Below are positions 30,424 through 40,360 of a stretch of 64,000 nt of DNA, piece by piece. The DNA is from Armatimonadota bacterium. GTDB taxonomy: Bacteria; Armatimonadota; HRBIN16. The position numbers and the translations under genes were made by a program. The notes under the pieces are model-generated. The model did not search any database. It was given only the letters and a program-made list of their open reading frames with translations, and had not been told where the DNA came from. The stretch covers positions 416,001 to 480,000 of the forward strand of contig OY781964.1 of NCBI GenBank assembly GCA_963677485.1, given 5' to 3'. Positions within the stretch are counted from its first letter, which is position 1, and each line of letters begins with the position of its first letter.

Positions 30424-30963
30424 TTATGCGATCTCCAGGAAATCCTTCTCCATGGCTCCGCATATACTACAGTGACCAAATCCTAACACGGGTTCTACAT
30501 TGCCGCAATATGGGCAGACATACCAGGCTTTAGGAGCCTTCATCGATTCAAGATTGGCAAGGGCTGCGGTGTATAGTTTCGCATGAACGGCTTCTGCCTT
30601 CATGGCGTATGTGAAGATTTTAGCAGCCGCACGTTCACCCAACTTCTCTGCTTGTTCCAGAAACTCGGGATACATCTCGTCAGTCTCGTAAGTTTCACCA
30701 GTGATTCCGTGCTGTAGATTTTCGGCTGTGGTGCCTACTTCGGGTGGATTAATGGTGGCGACGGGCTCTTCACCAGCCTTCCGCACCAAATCACCCTCAC
30801 GAGTAAAGTGAATCTCCTCGGCCTTGCAGGTGCTGCGGAATAGTGAAGCCGCCGCGGCATAACCTTCGGCGTCGGCCTTCTTAGCGAAGGCTGCGTAAGC
30901 AGCATTAGCGTTGGATTCGCCATTAAATGCGGCTTTCAGATTGGCTAATGTCGTGTCATTCAT
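30424..30963 (-). CDS. rbr: Rubrerythrin
   Basis: TLANLKAAFNGES, EEIH, GETYE..MYP, EAVH, C-terminal CPYC...CSIC. Confidence 0.9.
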   Translation of the reverse strand: MNDTTLANLKAAFNGESNANAAYAAFAKKADAEGYAAAASLFRSTCKAEEIHFTREGDLVRKAGEEPVATINPPEVGTTAENLQHGITGETYETDEMYPEFLEQAEKLGERAAAKIFTYAMKAEAVHAKLYTAALANLESMKAPKAWYVCPYCGNVEPVLGFGHCSICGAMEKDFLEIA

Positions 30964-31098
30964 AAGTAATATATCCTCCTGCCGTTCTGCTATGTGCTAG
31001 CTGCGAGAACTGCATCTTATGGAAGTATACCTTAATCCCGGCTATTTATGTGTGGATTTGGTCGCCATTTCTGTAGAATCTAACGGAGGGTCATATGG

Positions 31099-32283
31099 AT
31101 GCGTATCATTTACACCACGATGCAGTCGCCGTTCTCGAAATCTGAGCCATTCATAACCAATGAACTGCTTGAGCTGCATCGTCAAGGCCACGATTTGCGG
31201 ATATACCCTTTGACGGTACCGAATATAACCAAATTCCCCATTCATCCAGATTTACAGCCATCAACCGTCGTGAAGCCCTACTGGCATCCCGCAATTCTGC
31301 TCACCGCAGCCAGGTTATTTTCTACTAGCCATCAAGCTCGGAAAATCGTGACGCTGATATTGTCATCAAGTAAGACGGTCCCTGTACTACTACGAAACAT
31401 CACTGTTATTCCGAAGGCCTTGTGGTTGTCAGAACAAGCCACCAGGTGGAAAGCAGATCACATCCATGCTCACTGGATCAACATGAGTGCCACCACCGCC
31501 ATGGTCGCCAGTGAGTTAAGTGGTATTCCCTTTAGCATCACCGCTCACAGGGGTGATATTGCGGACAACAACCTGCTGCAGATGAAAGCTGAGAAAGCGG
31601 CTTTCGTGCGTTTCATTGCCGACTTCAGCATGACAATGTATCGGGATAGGACGCAGAACCTAGAATCAGGCAAAGAAAACTTGGTGCGCCTGAACATGGG
31701 AGTATCTGTGCCAGAACAGATCGAACCATTCACCCCCATAACCCAGTTACGCATCTCCTGTCCTGCGAACTTCATACACATCAAAAACCAAAAAGTTCTC
31801 ATCGAAGCCGCGCGACTGCTCCAACAACAAGGGATAGCGGTTTCGCTGTTGTTAGCAGGCGACGGCCCTACCAGATCGGCTTGCATGAGGCTATGCCAGG
31901 ATTACCACCTAAATGCCGAATTCCCTGGTGTGATGCCTAACCAAAAAATACTGGATCTATATCGCGAGCGTAAAATAGACGTTGTGGTGCTCCCCTCCTC
32001 AGTAGAGGGTATCCCTGTCTGCCTTTTAGAAGCGATGGCATACGGACTGCCGGTGGTCGCCACCGAAGTGGGCGGCGTGCCAGAGCTGCTATCGGGCGAC
32101 TGCGGCTTGATGGTGCCTCCTCAACAGCCTCAAGACCTGGCCGAAGCACTGAAAAGCTTAATCGACAACCCAGAACGCACGGCACTGATGGTAGCGAACG
32201 GACGCCGGAAGGTTGAAACGGAATTTAACCAGCCCTTGATAGTCAAACGCCTGGTGGAACTGATGGGGTCTGCTCGTTCATAG
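31099..32283 (+). CDS. GT4 glycosyltransferase (WcaL-like)
   Basis: SEPFITNE, DHIHAHW, EGIPVCLLEAMAYGLPVVATEVGG. Confidence 0.88.
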   Translation: MRIIYTTMQSPFSKSEPFITNELLELHRQGHDLRIYPLTVPNITKFPIHPDLQPSTVVKPYWHPAILLTAARLFSTSHQARKIVTLILSSSKTVPVLLRNITVIPKALWLSEQATRWKADHIHAHWINMSATTAMVASELSGIPFSITAHRGDIADNNLLQMKAEKAAFVRFIADFSMTMYRDRTQNLESGKENLVRLNMGVSVPEQIEPFTPITQLRISCPANFIHIKNQKVLIEAARLLQQQGIAVSLLLAGDGPTRSACMRLCQDYHLNAEFPGVMPNQKILDLYRERKIDVVVLPSSVEGIPVCLLEAMAYGLPVVATEVGGVPELLSGDCGLMVPPQQPQDLAEALKSLIDNPERTALMVANGRRKVETEFNQPLIVKRLVELMGSARS

Positions 32284-32429
32284 CGCTGCGTGACTGTACC
32301 ACGACATGCTCTCCCTACACACAAACTGCGATAACTCACAAATTCACATAAATCCGCCCATTTCTCCGCTATTCCCGCCCATTTCTGTGGTAACCTGTAT
32401 GCTAATCATCACCTAATCGGAGGCATATC

Positions 32430-33932
32430 ATGCCAGCAGTCAGCTCCATCATCGCGTCACGCGACCAGCTATCGATACAGCTTCAGGATGCCCCAGCGGG
32501 GGTACCGGCATCAGTCCAACTCTGCGCTCCCTGGGACGGCTCCGTCCTGGCGGAGATGACCACCAGCACAAACGCCGATGGACACTTGAGCGTGCCCCGT
32601 CATTTGAACCATTGGGACGCATTGACACTGCTCATCAAGGTTACTCTGGCCGGCGAAGAGCTGAAAGGTGTCTCTACCGTCACCGATATGGATGAGATCG
32701 CCACCTACACATACGATTACCCCGTGGCCGATTCGATCAAGGGGCTGCAGGTGGCCGGCAGCATGGTCGACGACGCCATCAAACTGGGAGTGCGTCACGC
32801 AGCCATCAACCTGAACCAAGGCGACATCATGATGCCCGGCCCTGGTGAGAACATCTCAGAATACAAGTGCAACGGCCAGACTTTTTACTTTGACGAAGCC
32901 TACATGGAGAAGTTTGACGAGACTATCCGCAACCTCACAGATGCTGGCATCATCGTCTCGCTTATCCTTCTGAATAGTCCGCACTGGCGGCGTGAGATGA
33001 GCCAGGAGATGAAGGACATCCTGATGCACCCCCACTACAACCCGGAGGGGCTGATCAGTGCCTTCAACCTGACCAACGAGACCGGCTTCAACCACTACCA
33101 GGCGTTTGTGGAATACGCAGCCATTCGCTTCAGCGACCCTAGCGGGGTCCACGGCCGTGTATGGGGCTACATCGTAGGCAACGAGATAGATAGCCAATGG
33201 GTGTGGGGTAACGCCGGTGAAATGAGCTGCCATGACTACATGGCCGAATACACCCTGGCGATGCGCACCACCTGGCTGGCCGCACAGAAGGTCAACAGTG
33301 CCAGCCGCGTCTACATCAGCCTGACGCATCTGTTCAACATCTCGCACCTAAAGAACCAGCTTCAAACTTACCCGGCGGCTCAATGCCTGAAGGAGCTGGC
33401 AGCTTATTGCGCTCAGGATGGCGATTTCCCCTGGGCAGTGGCATTCCACCCCTACCCCGAGGACCTGCGATTCCCAGACTTCTGGAACGACGAAACCGCA
33501 TGGGACACGCTGGACACGCCGCGAATCACATTCAAGAACATCCATGTGCTGCCCAAATTCCTGGAGCAGCCGGAGTATCTCTACCGTGGGCAGCGGCGTA
33601 AAATCATCCTCAGCGAGCAGGGCTTCAACAGCCACAAGACCGACATCAGCGAGCAGTTCCAGGCGGCGGCGTATGCCCTGGCATTCGAGAATGTGCAGGC
33701 CTGCCCTGAAATTGAGGCTTTCATACTTCATGCGCACATCGACAACCTGGATGAGTTCGGCTTGAACCTCGGCATGTGGCAGGTAGATGACAAGAATGTG
33801 GCCATCAGCAAGAAGCCGATCTACGATGTGTTCGATGGCATAGAGGGCCCGAAACGGCAGGAGATTCTCGCCTGGGCACACACATATCTGGACAAGAAAA
33901 TGAACCGCAAAGAAGAAGAGCGGCTCTACTAA
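32430..33932 (+). CDS. DUF5722-like clan GH-A glycoside hydrolase, no signal peptide
   Basis: SIKGLQV, IVGNEIDS, FHPYPEDL, ITFKNI, IILSEQGF; GGAGG RBS. Confidence 0.75.
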   Translation: MPAVSSIIASRDQLSIQLQDAPAGVPASVQLCAPWDGSVLAEMTTSTNADGHLSVPRHLNHWDALTLLIKVTLAGEELKGVSTVTDMDEIATYTYDYPVADSIKGLQVAGSMVDDAIKLGVRHAAINLNQGDIMMPGPGENISEYKCNGQTFYFDEAYMEKFDETIRNLTDAGIIVSLILLNSPHWRREMSQEMKDILMHPHYNPEGLISAFNLTNETGFNHYQAFVEYAAIRFSDPSGVHGRVWGYIVGNEIDSQWVWGNAGEMSCHDYMAEYTLAMRTTWLAAQKVNSASRVYISLTHLFNISHLKNQLQTYPAAQCLKELAAYCAQDGDFPWAVAFHPYPEDLRFPDFWNDETAWDTLDTPRITFKNIHVLPKFLEQPEYLYRGQRRKIILSEQGFNSHKTDISEQFQAAAYALAFENVQACPEIEAFILHAHIDNLDEFGLNLGMWQVDDKNVAISKKPIYDVFDGIEGPKRQEILAWAHTYLDKKMNRKEEERLY

Positions 33933-34004
33933 ACGATCGCGGACAAACGGGCGGATCGTTGGTTACAGCATCCGCCCGGACCTATTGAGTAAAGGATATT
34001 ACAT

Positions 34005-35567
34005 ATGCGTTTTACAATCGTGATGTGCGCTGCTGCACTAATGGTCAGCAGCATGAGTCAAGCCTTTGTCAGCCTTCCGTCTGTCACGAAGATTACAGTA
34101 GACAAGACGTCCATCAAGTTAAGTCTCAGCTCTGCCACTCCAAAAGACGTCACCGTCTGGGAGCTATCGCCATGGAGTCAGGTCCCATCGGGGGCGGTGT
34201 ATTATAAACAAAGTGGGAAGAACCTGACTATCAGCCGGTATGAAGGCGCCCGTGACCGCATCACAAGCGGCTTCCTGGTGAAACAAGGCCAGGCGGTTTA
34301 CACCGGTGTCCGCTTCGCCACAGACTTTGGCAAAATCAGTAAATACCAGACGGCCTACCCCAAGATTACGAGCATCAAAGGTCTGCAGGTCACAGACATC
34401 CCTGACGCAGTAAAGTTAGGCGTCAGACATGCAGCCATCAACTTGAACCAGGGTGACTTCATGCTCTCCGGTCCAGCAGATGGTGCGCTGGTTCACGAGA
34501 TGAACGGCAAGAAGTTCTACTTCGACGGTAACCAGGTGCGCAACTTCGACAAACGGGTGAAAGACCTGACCGACAATCACATCCTCGTGACCCTTATCCT
34601 GCTGAACAGCAAGAACTGGGCCAAGTCGATGACGCCCGACATACAAGCCATCTTGCTGCACCCCAAATACGACGCAGAGGGGCTGATCAGTGCCTTCAAC
34701 CTCACCAATACCAAAAGCTACGAGTATTACGAGGCCTTCATCGACTTCACGATGAACCGCTATGCTGACCCCAAAGCTCCACACGGCCGAGTCTGGGGTA
34801 TGATCATCGGAAATGAGATCGACAGTCACTGGATATGGGGCAACGCGGGGCTCATCAGCGCTGAACAGTATATGCGCGAATATACGACCGCGATGCGCAC
34901 CGCTTACCTCATCGGTGCCAAATACAACACCAACCTGCGTGTGTATATCAGCCTGACGCACATGTTCAACAAGCCCTACAATGACAACCCAAAACAGACC
35001 ATCAGTGCCAGGAAATGCCTGGAGCTGCTCAACGCGAATTGCCAGAGTGACGGCGACTTTCCATGGTCAGTGGCCTACCATCCCTATCCTGAGGACCTGA
35101 GCTTCCCTGACTTCTGGAACGACGCCACCGCGACCGATTCCTTGGACACTACCACTCGAATCACGTTCAAGAACATCGAGCTGCTGCCCAAGTTCCTCAA
35201 CCAGCCGCAGTTCCTGTATCGCGGCAAGCAGCGCAAGATCATCCTGAGCGAGCAAGGCTTCAACAGCCGCAAGACCGACGAAAGCGAGCAGTTCCAAGCC
35301 GCCGCGTATGCACTGGCCTATGACAAAATCAAGAAGTGCTCTGGGATCGAGGCGTTCATACTTCATGCCCACCAGGATAATCTGGGTGAGTTTGGTTTGA
35401 ACCTTGGTCTTTGGCGGGTGGATGACAACAATAAACCCATCAGCAAGAAGCCGATCTACGATGTGTTCCGCGACATCGATGGATCCCGCGGTCCGGAGAT
35501 TCTAGCCTGGGCAAAGACCTTCCTGGACAAAAAGATGCAGCGGAAACCAGCAGATAAGCTGTATTAG
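34005..35567 (+). CDS. DUF5722-like clan GH-A glycoside hydrolase, secreted paralogue
   Basis: Signal peptide MRFTIVMCAAALMVSSMSQA; same motifs (GNEIDS, HPYPEDL, ILSEQG). Confidence 0.75.
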   Translation: MRFTIVMCAAALMVSSMSQAFVSLPSVTKITVDKTSIKLSLSSATPKDVTVWELSPWSQVPSGAVYYKQSGKNLTISRYEGARDRITSGFLVKQGQAVYTGVRFATDFGKISKYQTAYPKITSIKGLQVTDIPDAVKLGVRHAAINLNQGDFMLSGPADGALVHEMNGKKFYFDGNQVRNFDKRVKDLTDNHILVTLILLNSKNWAKSMTPDIQAILLHPKYDAEGLISAFNLTNTKSYEYYEAFIDFTMNRYADPKAPHGRVWGMIIGNEIDSHWIWGNAGLISAEQYMREYTTAMRTAYLIGAKYNTNLRVYISLTHMFNKPYNDNPKQTISARKCLELLNANCQSDGDFPWSVAYHPYPEDLSFPDFWNDATATDSLDTTTRITFKNIELLPKFLNQPQFLYRGKQRKIILSEQGFNSRKTDESEQFQAAAYALAYDKIKKCSGIEAFILHAHQDNLGEFGLNLGLWRVDDNNKPISKKPIYDVFRDIDGSRGPEILAWAKTFLDKKMQRKPADKLY

Positions 35568-35592
35568 GCAAGCTGAACGACGCAATTCATCT

Positions 35593-35644
35593 ATCTGTCG
35601 TGTGCCCCCCTCGCCTCTCGCTGCGAGGGTGACACACGGCAGAT
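35593..35644. other. Long imperfect hairpin after the DUF5722 pair (terminator or stabiliser)
   Basis: ATCTGTCGTGTG-CCCCCCTCGC...GCGAGGG-TGACACACGGCAGAT; no clear U-tract. Confidence 0.5.
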
Positions 35645-35731
35645 CAACCTCCACCTCATCAGATGGATCAGTAAGACCTCGCCCACCCCTCACTTGACAA
35701 TCACCCAAAAAGCTGGCATATGTATACTGTC

Positions 35732-35749
35732 TGCTAGACCGGTCTAGCA
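35732..35749. promoter_or_regulatory. Perfect 18-bp palindrome, putative LacI-family operator
   Basis: TGCTAGACCGGTCTAGCA, 3 bp downstream of TATACT (35723-35728) and upstream of the lacI-family gene. Confidence 0.75.
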
Positions 35750-35796
35750 CCCCCTATTCCATGACACTGAAACTCACGGAACGAGAAGGAGACGGC

Positions 35797-36897
35797 GTGC
35801 CCGAACTCGACGACACATCACCGCAACCAGGCTCCCCGGTGACCATTTACGACATCGCCAGGCAGTTAGGGCTCTCACCCAGCACCGTGGGACATGCACT
35901 CAACGGCACGGGACGGGTCAGCCAGAAGACCTGCGAACGCGTCGTGGCGGCGGCGGCGAGCATGGGCTATCGTCCCTCTCTGGTGGCCAAGTCGTTATCC
36001 AATAGCCGCACCCGAACATTGGGCGTGCTGGTGCCGATCATCGGCAACACTGCCTATTCCAATATGGTGCATGGCATCGAAGCGGCCGCATACCAGGCGG
36101 GATACAATATCATCCTCTGCTGCAGCGAGTTTGACCAAAACCGCGAACACCAGTATCTGGAGATGCTCTGCAACCGGCGGGTCGAAGGCATCATCGTGAT
36201 CCCCTCACGCCGTGTCAACTCACACAAACAGCAGGTGGACCACCTGGTGAAAATCCTGCAGAGCGGTATTCCACTGGTCGTGCTGGAGCAGAACCTGGCG
36301 GATCAACGGCTAAGCCGCGTGGTGATGGATAATTTCGGCGCCGCGAAACAGCTTGTCCAACACCTTATCGAACTGCAGCATAAGCGGATTGGGTTTCTGC
36401 ACCTGGGCTATGAACAGACCGACTATGCTGGCAATGAGCGGTTTGAAGGGTATCTCGCCGCGCTCCATGATGCGGGCCTCCACTACACGCCCTCGTTGAG
36501 TGCCCAGGCCGCCACAGTGTCGGTCTACGAGGATGAAGGTGACAGCAAAGCCCAGTTCGAGGCCTATTACCAAGCCGCTGGCCGACCCACGGCGGTCTTC
36601 GCGGTGAACGACATCCTGGCAATCAAGCTCATCCAGGCTTGCCAGATGATCGGTCTACGTGTGCCAGAGGATGTGGCCGTGGTTGGTTTCGACAACATCA
36701 CCGTCTCAGCTCTCATCAACCCTCCGCTGACCACTATCTACCAGCCCGCTGAGGCAATGGGGAAAAGGGCTACAGAGTTAATATTTGATACCATTCACAG
36801 CCGACTGCAGACACCCGTCTATGAGGTGCTGCCTGGCCAGCTCATCATTCGACAGTCATGCGGCCAAACAACCAACAAAAGGAACTCAACTTCATGA
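35797..36897 (+). CDS. LacI-family transcriptional regulator
   Basis: TIYDIARQLGLSPSTVGHALNG HTH, GYRPS, DVAVVGFDN, PPLTTI. GTG at 35797 follows AAGGAG (ORF track starts at 35761). Confidence 0.92.
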   Translation: MPELDDTSPQPGSPVTIYDIARQLGLSPSTVGHALNGTGRVSQKTCERVVAAAASMGYRPSLVAKSLSNSRTRTLGVLVPIIGNTAYSNMVHGIEAAAYQAGYNIILCCSEFDQNREHQYLEMLCNRRVEGIIVIPSRRVNSHKQQVDHLVKILQSGIPLVVLEQNLADQRLSRVVMDNFGAAKQLVQHLIELQHKRIGFLHLGYEQTDYAGNERFEGYLAALHDAGLHYTPSLSAQAATVSVYEDEGDSKAQFEAYYQAAGRPTAVFAVNDILAIKLIQACQMIGLRVPEDVAVVGFDNITVSALINPPLTTIYQPAEAMGKRATELIFDTIHSRLQTPVYEVLPGQLIIRQSCGQTTNKRNSTS

Positions 36898-37790
36898 GCT
36901 CACACAAAATCGCCACCGAATCTGACTACACTAAGCGTGTGGATCACATCACATCAGGCGTGTTTCTACCTGACACCAACATTGAGGTCATCAGCGAACC
37001 GAAGTGCTGCGGTACGTACCGCTACGCACTTTTTGATTTCGACGGCACGCTCAGCCTGCTGAGGGCAGGATGGCCGGCGGTGATGACCGGTTTGATGAAG
37101 CGCGTGCTGCTGGCAACGCCCAACTGCGAACCCGAACCACAGCTTGAGATCCACATCAAAGAGCTGATTGAACGAACCACCGGCAAGCAGACCATCTACC
37201 AGATGATCGCGTTGTGTGACGAAGTCCGACAACGTGGAGGTGAGCCACTTGAGCCAACTGTATATAAAAAGCAATATCTCGATCTGCTGATGGCGCAGAT
37301 TCAACACCGGCTTGACGGCCTGCGGTCTGGTTCCCTGAAACCAGAGCAGATGCTGGTGGCCGGTTCCATCGAGCTGCTGGACTCCTTGGCTAGCCATGGC
37401 GTCCAGATGTATCTTGCCAGCGGAACAGACCAGGAGTTCGTGCGGGATGAAGCCAATCTGCTGGGAGTGGCGCACTATTTCGGTGACCATATCTATGGAG
37501 CCATTGAAGATTACCAGAACTACTCCAAAGCCAAAGTGATTGAGCGTATTCTGAAGGACTGCGGGGCTTCAGGAAGTGAGCTCCTGGGCTTTGGCGACGG
37601 CTATGTGGAGATTGACAACACCAAGAATGCCGGCGGAACCGCCATCGGCGTCGCCAGCGACGAGGAGAACCGATCAGGCATGCCCGACCCAGTAAAACGT
37701 GAGAGGCTGATCGGCGTAGGTGCGGACATCATCACGCCCGACTTCAAACACGCTAAAGACCTGATACAGCACCTATTTGGAGGAAAATAA
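36894..37790 (+). CDS. HAD-family phosphatase
   Basis: LFDFDGTLSL (motif I), LASGT, K, GFGDGYVEI; ATGA overlap with the lacI stop. Confidence 0.85.
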   Translation: MSSHKIATESDYTKRVDHITSGVFLPDTNIEVISEPKCCGTYRYALFDFDGTLSLLRAGWPAVMTGLMKRVLLATPNCEPEPQLEIHIKELIERTTGKQTIYQMIALCDEVRQRGGEPLEPTVYKKQYLDLLMAQIQHRLDGLRSGSLKPEQMLVAGSIELLDSLASHGVQMYLASGTDQEFVRDEANLLGVAHYFGDHIYGAIEDYQNYSKAKVIERILKDCGASGSELLGFGDGYVEIDNTKNAGGTAIGVASDEENRSGMPDPVKRERLIGVGADIITPDFKHAKDLIQHLFGGK

Positions 37791-38914
37791 TGACCGAAAG
37801 ACTTGACCGGAAACAGCTCATCATGCATCCACTCGCCGAGAGAGCTAACCAACTGGACATCACCAAAATGGCTGTCAGTCCTTCCCAGAAGGCCGATCCG
37901 TTGGCGGTGTTCGAAAGTACTCAGATCACCAGCCTAGCCGCCAGCATCAAGAGGGCAAAGGCAGCCGGTCGGCCTGTGATGATGACCTACGGTGCGCACC
38001 TGGTGAAGAACGGTCTAGCACCGGTGGTCATCAAGCTGATTGAACAGGGCTGGATCACCCATCTTGCCACCAACGGTGCAGGCACTATCCACGACTGGGA
38101 GTTTGCCTACCTCGGCCAGAGCAGCGAAGATGTGCGTGTCAACGCCGCGAAGGGGCAGTTCGGCGCCTGGGAAGAGACCGGTCGTTACATCAACCTGGCG
38201 ATATTGCTGAACGGCATCGACGGGTTGGGGTATGGATGGTCGGTAGGCAAGATGATCGCTACCGAACAGCTCACCATACCGTCCGTCGAACAACTCAAGG
38301 CCAGCATCCGCGCATTACTTGACCAGCCCGAATCTGACGATACGCTGTCCGCCATGTCGGATGCGATGGCCACCATCCAGGAACTGCAGCTGGAACCGGG
38401 CGTGCTTGCCGTCAAGCACGCATATAAGCGGTTCAGTATCCAGAATGCAGCCTGGACACACCAGGTGCCGTTTACGGTGCATCCTGGGATCGGCTATGAC
38501 ATCATCCATACCCATCCGGCATGCTGCGGTGGTGCCCTTGGCCGCGGAGCCATCCGCGACTTTCTGAGCTACGCCGAGTGCGTCAGCCGACTCAGCGGAG
38601 GGGTTCACATGAGCGTCGGTTCCGCCATCATGGCCCCGATGGTCTTCGAGAAGTCGTTATCCATGGCCAACAACCTCGCCATCCAACGCACCGGTCAGCC
38701 CATCACCGACCACACCATGGCAGTGGTGGACATCCAGGATGGCGGCGGATGGGACTGGAGTCAGGGCGAGCCGCCTAAAGACAACCCCGCCTACTACCTG
38801 CGCTTCTGCAAGACTTTCCACCGCATGGGAGGCACATTGGACTACCTCTGCATGGACAACAAGCAGTTCCTTCTGAGCCTTTATCATGAGCTGAATGGGG
38901 ATTCGCCGGCATGA
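37790..38914 (+). CDS. Uncharacterised deoxyhypusine-synthase-like (DHS NAD-binding fold) protein
   Basis: YGAHLVKNGL, HLATNGAGTIHDWE, SEDV, FGAWEETG, PFTVHPGIG.DIIH, GSAIMAPMVFEK; TAATG coupling. Fold assigned by recalled resemblance. Confidence 0.6.
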   Translation: MTERLDRKQLIMHPLAERANQLDITKMAVSPSQKADPLAVFESTQITSLAASIKRAKAAGRPVMMTYGAHLVKNGLAPVVIKLIEQGWITHLATNGAGTIHDWEFAYLGQSSEDVRVNAAKGQFGAWEETGRYINLAILLNGIDGLGYGWSVGKMIATEQLTIPSVEQLKASIRALLDQPESDDTLSAMSDAMATIQELQLEPGVLAVKHAYKRFSIQNAAWTHQVPFTVHPGIGYDIIHTHPACCGGALGRGAIRDFLSYAECVSRLSGGVHMSVGSAIMAPMVFEKSLSMANNLAIQRTGQPITDHTMAVVDIQDGGGWDWSQGEPPKDNPAYYLRFCKTFHRMGGTLDYLCMDNKQFLLSLYHELNGDSPA

Positions 38915-39948
38915 TGACCCAATCCCGTTTAGCGGAACTGACCGCCCAGTTCACCAGCCGACGCATCGCCGTCATGGGTGATTTCTTCCTGGACAAGTAC
39001 CTGGAGTGCGACCCAGCTCTGGCGGAAACTTCGCTGGAAACAGGCAAGACCGCACACCAGGTGGTGCAGGTTCGTCACAGTCCAGGTGCCGCGGGGAACA
39101 TCGTGAGCAACCTGATCTCATTGGGGGCGAATGTCTACGCCGTGGGCTTTACAGGAGACGATGGCGAAGGGTATGAGCTCCGGCAGGACCTTAACGCCAT
39201 GGGTTGTGACACGCGCTATCTTCTGACAGAACCAAGCCGGTATACCCCGGTATACCTCAAGCCGCGAGTTTTCGGCATCAGCGGGTTGGAGGGGGAGCGA
39301 GAGCGCTACGACACCAAGAACCACGCCCCCCTACCCACGGCATTAGAAGACCAGTTTATCGCATTACTGCCGGAGCTGCTGACTCAGGTCGATGCGGTGA
39401 TCATCGCCGACCAGGTGAATGAGCCCGATTTCGGGGTGGTCACCTCCCGTGTCCGCATGAGCATAGAGCAAGCGGCCACTGAACACCCAGAGACGTTGTT
39501 CTGGGTCGACAGCCGCGAACGGGCGGGGATGTTCCATGGCTGCACATTAAAGCCTAATCGGCAGGAGGCTATCTGGGCTGCGTTTGGCATCAGTGAACCA
39601 AACGCGAACGAGCACAAAGCACTTGCCGCAGGACAGTTACTACACGACCGCACTGGAAAACCGGTGTTCCTCACAATGTCCGAACAGGGCATCATGGTAT
39701 TCGATCATGATGCACACGAGTCAGTGCCAGGAATACATATAGAAGGCCCTACCGACCCCACAGGGGCCGGTGACAGTGCCACCGCAGGAGCAGTGCTCGC
39801 TCTCGCCTCCGGAGGAAGTCCTACGGAAGCGGCACTGCTGGGCAACCTGACCGCCTCCGTCACAGTCTGCCAAATCGACACCACCGGCACCGCGCGTGTG
39901 TCCGACCTCGCCGACCGGCTGAATCTGTGGCATCAGCAGCATGGGTAG
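38911..39948 (+). CDS. PfkB-family sugar kinase, HldE/RfaE kinase-domain-like
   Basis: IAVMGDFFLDKY, PGAAGN, LKPN..E, DPTGAGD; ATGA overlap. Confidence 0.85.
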   Translation: MMTQSRLAELTAQFTSRRIAVMGDFFLDKYLECDPALAETSLETGKTAHQVVQVRHSPGAAGNIVSNLISLGANVYAVGFTGDDGEGYELRQDLNAMGCDTRYLLTEPSRYTPVYLKPRVFGISGLEGERERYDTKNHAPLPTALEDQFIALLPELLTQVDAVIIADQVNEPDFGVVTSRVRMSIEQAATEHPETLFWVDSRERAGMFHGCTLKPNRQEAIWAAFGISEPNANEHKALAAGQLLHDRTGKPVFLTMSEQGIMVFDHDAHESVPGIHIEGPTDPTGAGDSATAGAVLALASGGSPTEAALLGNLTASVTVCQIDTTGTARVSDLADRLNLWHQQHG

Positions 39949-40037
39949 CAGCCCATTGCGTTGCAAGTATGATACTCCAACCGATTACACACAACGCAGT
40001 CTGGATTGCCAAAAGACCACTAGATACACGATGGATC

Positions 40038-40275
40038 GTCCGGCACCCACGAAGTGGGTATGATTCTTATAGCCAGGGGTGAGCGAAGCGATACCCCTGG
40101 TAAGCAGCATAAACCATTTACCCCAAAGGGGTCGTCTCTGGTTCCCGAATGTTGAGCATCCATAATACCGTTCGACCCCCATCCGGGGGTAAACACTGCA
40201 GCCTTGTTACCACGGGTTTCGCATTCGCTCACCCGTGGCTGTAAGAGTCGCTACCCACTTCGTGGGTGCCCGGAC
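40038..40275. repeat. REPIN-like ~238-bp nested palindrome
   Basis: GTCCGGCACCCACGAAGTGGGTA...TACCCACTTCGTGGGTGCCCGGAC; inner AGCCAGGGGTGAGCGAAGCGATACCCCTGGT / ACCACGGGTTTCGCATTCGCTCACCCGTGGCT; TTTACCCCAAAGGGGTCG / CGACCCCCATCCGGGGGTAAA. Confidence 0.85.
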
Positions 40276-40333
40276 TGTCTGGACTGAGATTCATGCTTAC
40301 TTGGGTGAATAGTCGCCCCCTTTACTGCCGTAG

Positions 40334-40360
40334 GCCAATCGGGAGATTGGCGTTCCCAGG
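40334..40360. repeat. REP palindrome GCCAATCGGGAGATTGGCG(T)TCCCAG, single copy
   Basis: Same unit occurs as an inverted doublet at 43620-43700. Confidence 0.8.

Noticed and set aside
40038-40275. CRISPR array
   Set aside because: The repeats are inverted and of different types rather than regularly spaced direct repeats, and there are no cas genes. No array was seen anywhere in the window.
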